From an uncultured Actinomycetes bacterium (GTDB taxonomy: Bacteria > Actinomycetota > UBA4738 > HRBIN12), in contig CAVZQM010000001.1 in assembly GCA_963777495.1 (NCBI GenBank), positions 195,537 through 259,536 of the forward strand: a DNA stretch of 64,000 nucleotides, in the 5' to 3' direction. Numbering within the stretch: the first letter of the stretch is position 1; every line of letters begins with the position of its first letter. The notes under the pieces were generated by a model. That model saw only the letters and a list, made by a program, of their open reading frames with translations. It searched no databases and was not told the DNA's origin. Positions 62,724-64,000 of the stretch are shown here, piece by piece. The position numbers and the translations under genes are program-made.

Positions 62724-63832
62724 CGAGCCGTCGGATCCGGGGTTTCGCGCTGCTGGTGTCGGTGTTCGCACTCATGGCCGCCGGCTGTTCGTCCGGCGAT
62801 CCGGAAGACGGCGACAGTAACACCGCCACTCCCTCCGGCGCGGGGTCCGTCACCCCGTCGGGCACGCTTCGGCTCTTCTCCTATAGCGATGGCTTCGACC
62901 CCGCGTACATGGAGTCGTTCTACGAGGAGTACCCCGACATCGATCTCGAGACGGCGTCGTTCGGCAGCAACGACGAAGCCGTCGCGAAGCTCCAGGCCGG
63001 ATTCCAGGCGGACGTGATCAATAGCTGTGTCGACGAAGCCACGCTCGAGATGGTGAACAAGGGTCTCTATGCGCCGCTCGATGTCTCGCGTCTGGAGAAC
63101 TGGGACGACATCTGGCCGTCGATGAAGGCGCTTCCGGGGGTCCAGGTCGACGGCGAGGTCTACCTCGTACCTGCCGACGCGGGCACGGCGGGGATCCTGT
63201 ACAACGCGGACGTCGTGACGACACCCCCCACGTCGTGGCTCGATCTGTTCGATCCTCAGTGGGCCGGGAGGGCTTCCATCGAAGACCTCTCCGTCACCGC
63301 GATCGACATCGGAGCGTTGGTGAACGGGATCTCCGATCCGTTGACCATGTCCTCGGATCAGCTCGAACTGGTCAAGAACTACCTGATCGATCACCGCGAT
63401 CAGTTCCGGACGTTCTGGAAGGGTGCGGCCGACATCAAGTCGCAGTTCAAGTCCGGCGAGGTCGTGATCGCGTCCGGCTATCCCGACTACGCCAAGCAGC
63501 TTCGCCGGGAAGGTGTCAACGCGCAGTTCGCCGTCGCCGAGGAAGGCCAGATGCTGTGGACGTGCGGCTACGGCATCAGTCCGGATGCGGAGAACCTCGA
63601 TGCTGCCTACGCGTTGCTCAACTGGTATTCGAGCGTGCCGCCGCAGGTCTACGCGGCGACGGAATTCGACTACATCACGTCGAACATGACCGTGGGCGAC
63701 CTGCTGACCCCGGAGGCGATCGCGAACTCCGGTCTCGACACGTTCGGTCAGGCGACCAACGCGATCCCGGCGAGTCCCCCCAACGATCGCGAGGCCTGGG
63801 TCGCGGCATGGACCGAGGTGAAGGCCTCCTAG
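62720..63832 (+). CDS. ABC transporter substrate-binding lipoprotein (PotD/spermidine-putrescine-like, SBP family 1)
   Basis: ATG overlaps the gntR stop (ATGA); lipobox LMAAGCSS; intact 370-aa periplasmic-binding-protein fold. Confidence 0.85.
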   Translation: MTSRRIRGFALLVSVFALMAAGCSSGDPEDGDSNTATPSGAGSVTPSGTLRLFSYSDGFDPAYMESFYEEYPDIDLETASFGSNDEAVAKLQAGFQADVINSCVDEATLEMVNKGLYAPLDVSRLENWDDIWPSMKALPGVQVDGEVYLVPADAGTAGILYNADVVTTPPTSWLDLFDPQWAGRASIEDLSVTAIDIGALVNGISDPLTMSSDQLELVKNYLIDHRDQFRTFWKGAADIKSQFKSGEVVIASGYPDYAKQLRREGVNAQFAVAEEGQMLWTCGYGISPDAENLDAAYALLNWYSSVPPQVYAATEFDYITSNMTVGDLLTPEAIANSGLDTFGQATNAIPASPPNDREAWVAAWTEVKAS

Positions 63833-64000
63833 TGGCACAGGTCGCGCACCCGATCGGTCTGGACACCGCGGGGTCGGCGGTACCCGTTTCCATCCGGATC
63901 CATCGTGCCCTCAACCGCTGGGGATGGCGCGGTTTCCTCGGGATCGTGTTCCTGACGCTGTTCGGACCGCTCGCGATCCTCGTGGCGTTCTCGTTCAACG
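63833..64000 (+). CDS. ABC transporter permease (PotB-like), 5' partial at window end
   Basis: GTG directly after the SBP stop; hydrophobic N-terminal helix (…FLGIVFLTLFGPLAILVAFSFN); runs off the window. Confidence 0.5.

Noticed and set aside
1-64000. CRISPR arrays, rRNA, IS elements/transposases, prophage genes
   Set aside because: No regularly spaced direct repeats, no rRNA-like conserved stretches, and no transposase or integrase-like ORFs were found on either strand.

Overview
This 64-kb window comes from a very high-GC (~72%) genome. It is most likely an actinobacterium: it has F420-type LLM and PPOX enzymes, a DesA-type acyl-ACP desaturase, an L,D-transpeptidase, many GTG/TTG starts and tight 4-nt ATGA/GTGA gene overlaps. 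I can support about 68 protein-coding genes and one tRNA-Ala(CGC). I see no rRNA, no CRISPR array, no transposase or integrase, and no prophage signature.

The most interesting region is 57.1-61.8 kb. It holds a glycine/sarcosine/betaine-reductase-type cluster, grdE-grdB-grdC-trxA-grdA. Both grdB (TGA at 59366-59368) and grdA (TGA at 61484-61486) carry an in-frame TGA exactly where these families carry selenocysteine. In grdA the codon sits in a TECFV-U-TASGAMD motif. In grdB the supplied ORF track splits the gene at the TGA into two ORFs, and a 6-bp stem with a G-rich loop starts 12 nt downstream, which looks like a bacterial SECIS element. The cluster is followed by a GntR regulator and a PotD-like ABC uptake system. 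It is preceded by an enzyme group (Tat-PhoX, class-III aminotransferase, MR/MLE enolase, SMP-30 lactonase, SDR). A shared AT-rich 13-mer (ACAGTTnACmGTT) lies upstream of both operons.

Other notable loci:
- A translationally fused APH-like kinase plus class-III aminotransferase (phospho-lyase-like), in an operon with a BadF-type kinase and a pirin.
- A GTGA-coupled LOG-family/phospholipase-D pair.
- A GH25 muramidase with two C-terminal ~100-aa tandem repeats.
- An fmdB-mtnP-small ORF-cpaB-uppP operon with an orphan Tad CpaB.
- Two class-III nucleotide cyclases, one of them a ~1090-aa Zn-ribbon/cyclase/AAA/TPR regulator.
- A 3' remnant of a CrtI-like oxidoreductase paralog.

Major caveat: about half of the genes are interrupted by +/-1 frameshifts. 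These fall mainly in G/C homopolymer runs and hit core genes (galU, moeA, moaC, uppP, tldD). The pattern points to systematic indel errors in the assembly rather than real pseudogenes. Coordinates of frameshifted genes are therefore approximate envelopes.
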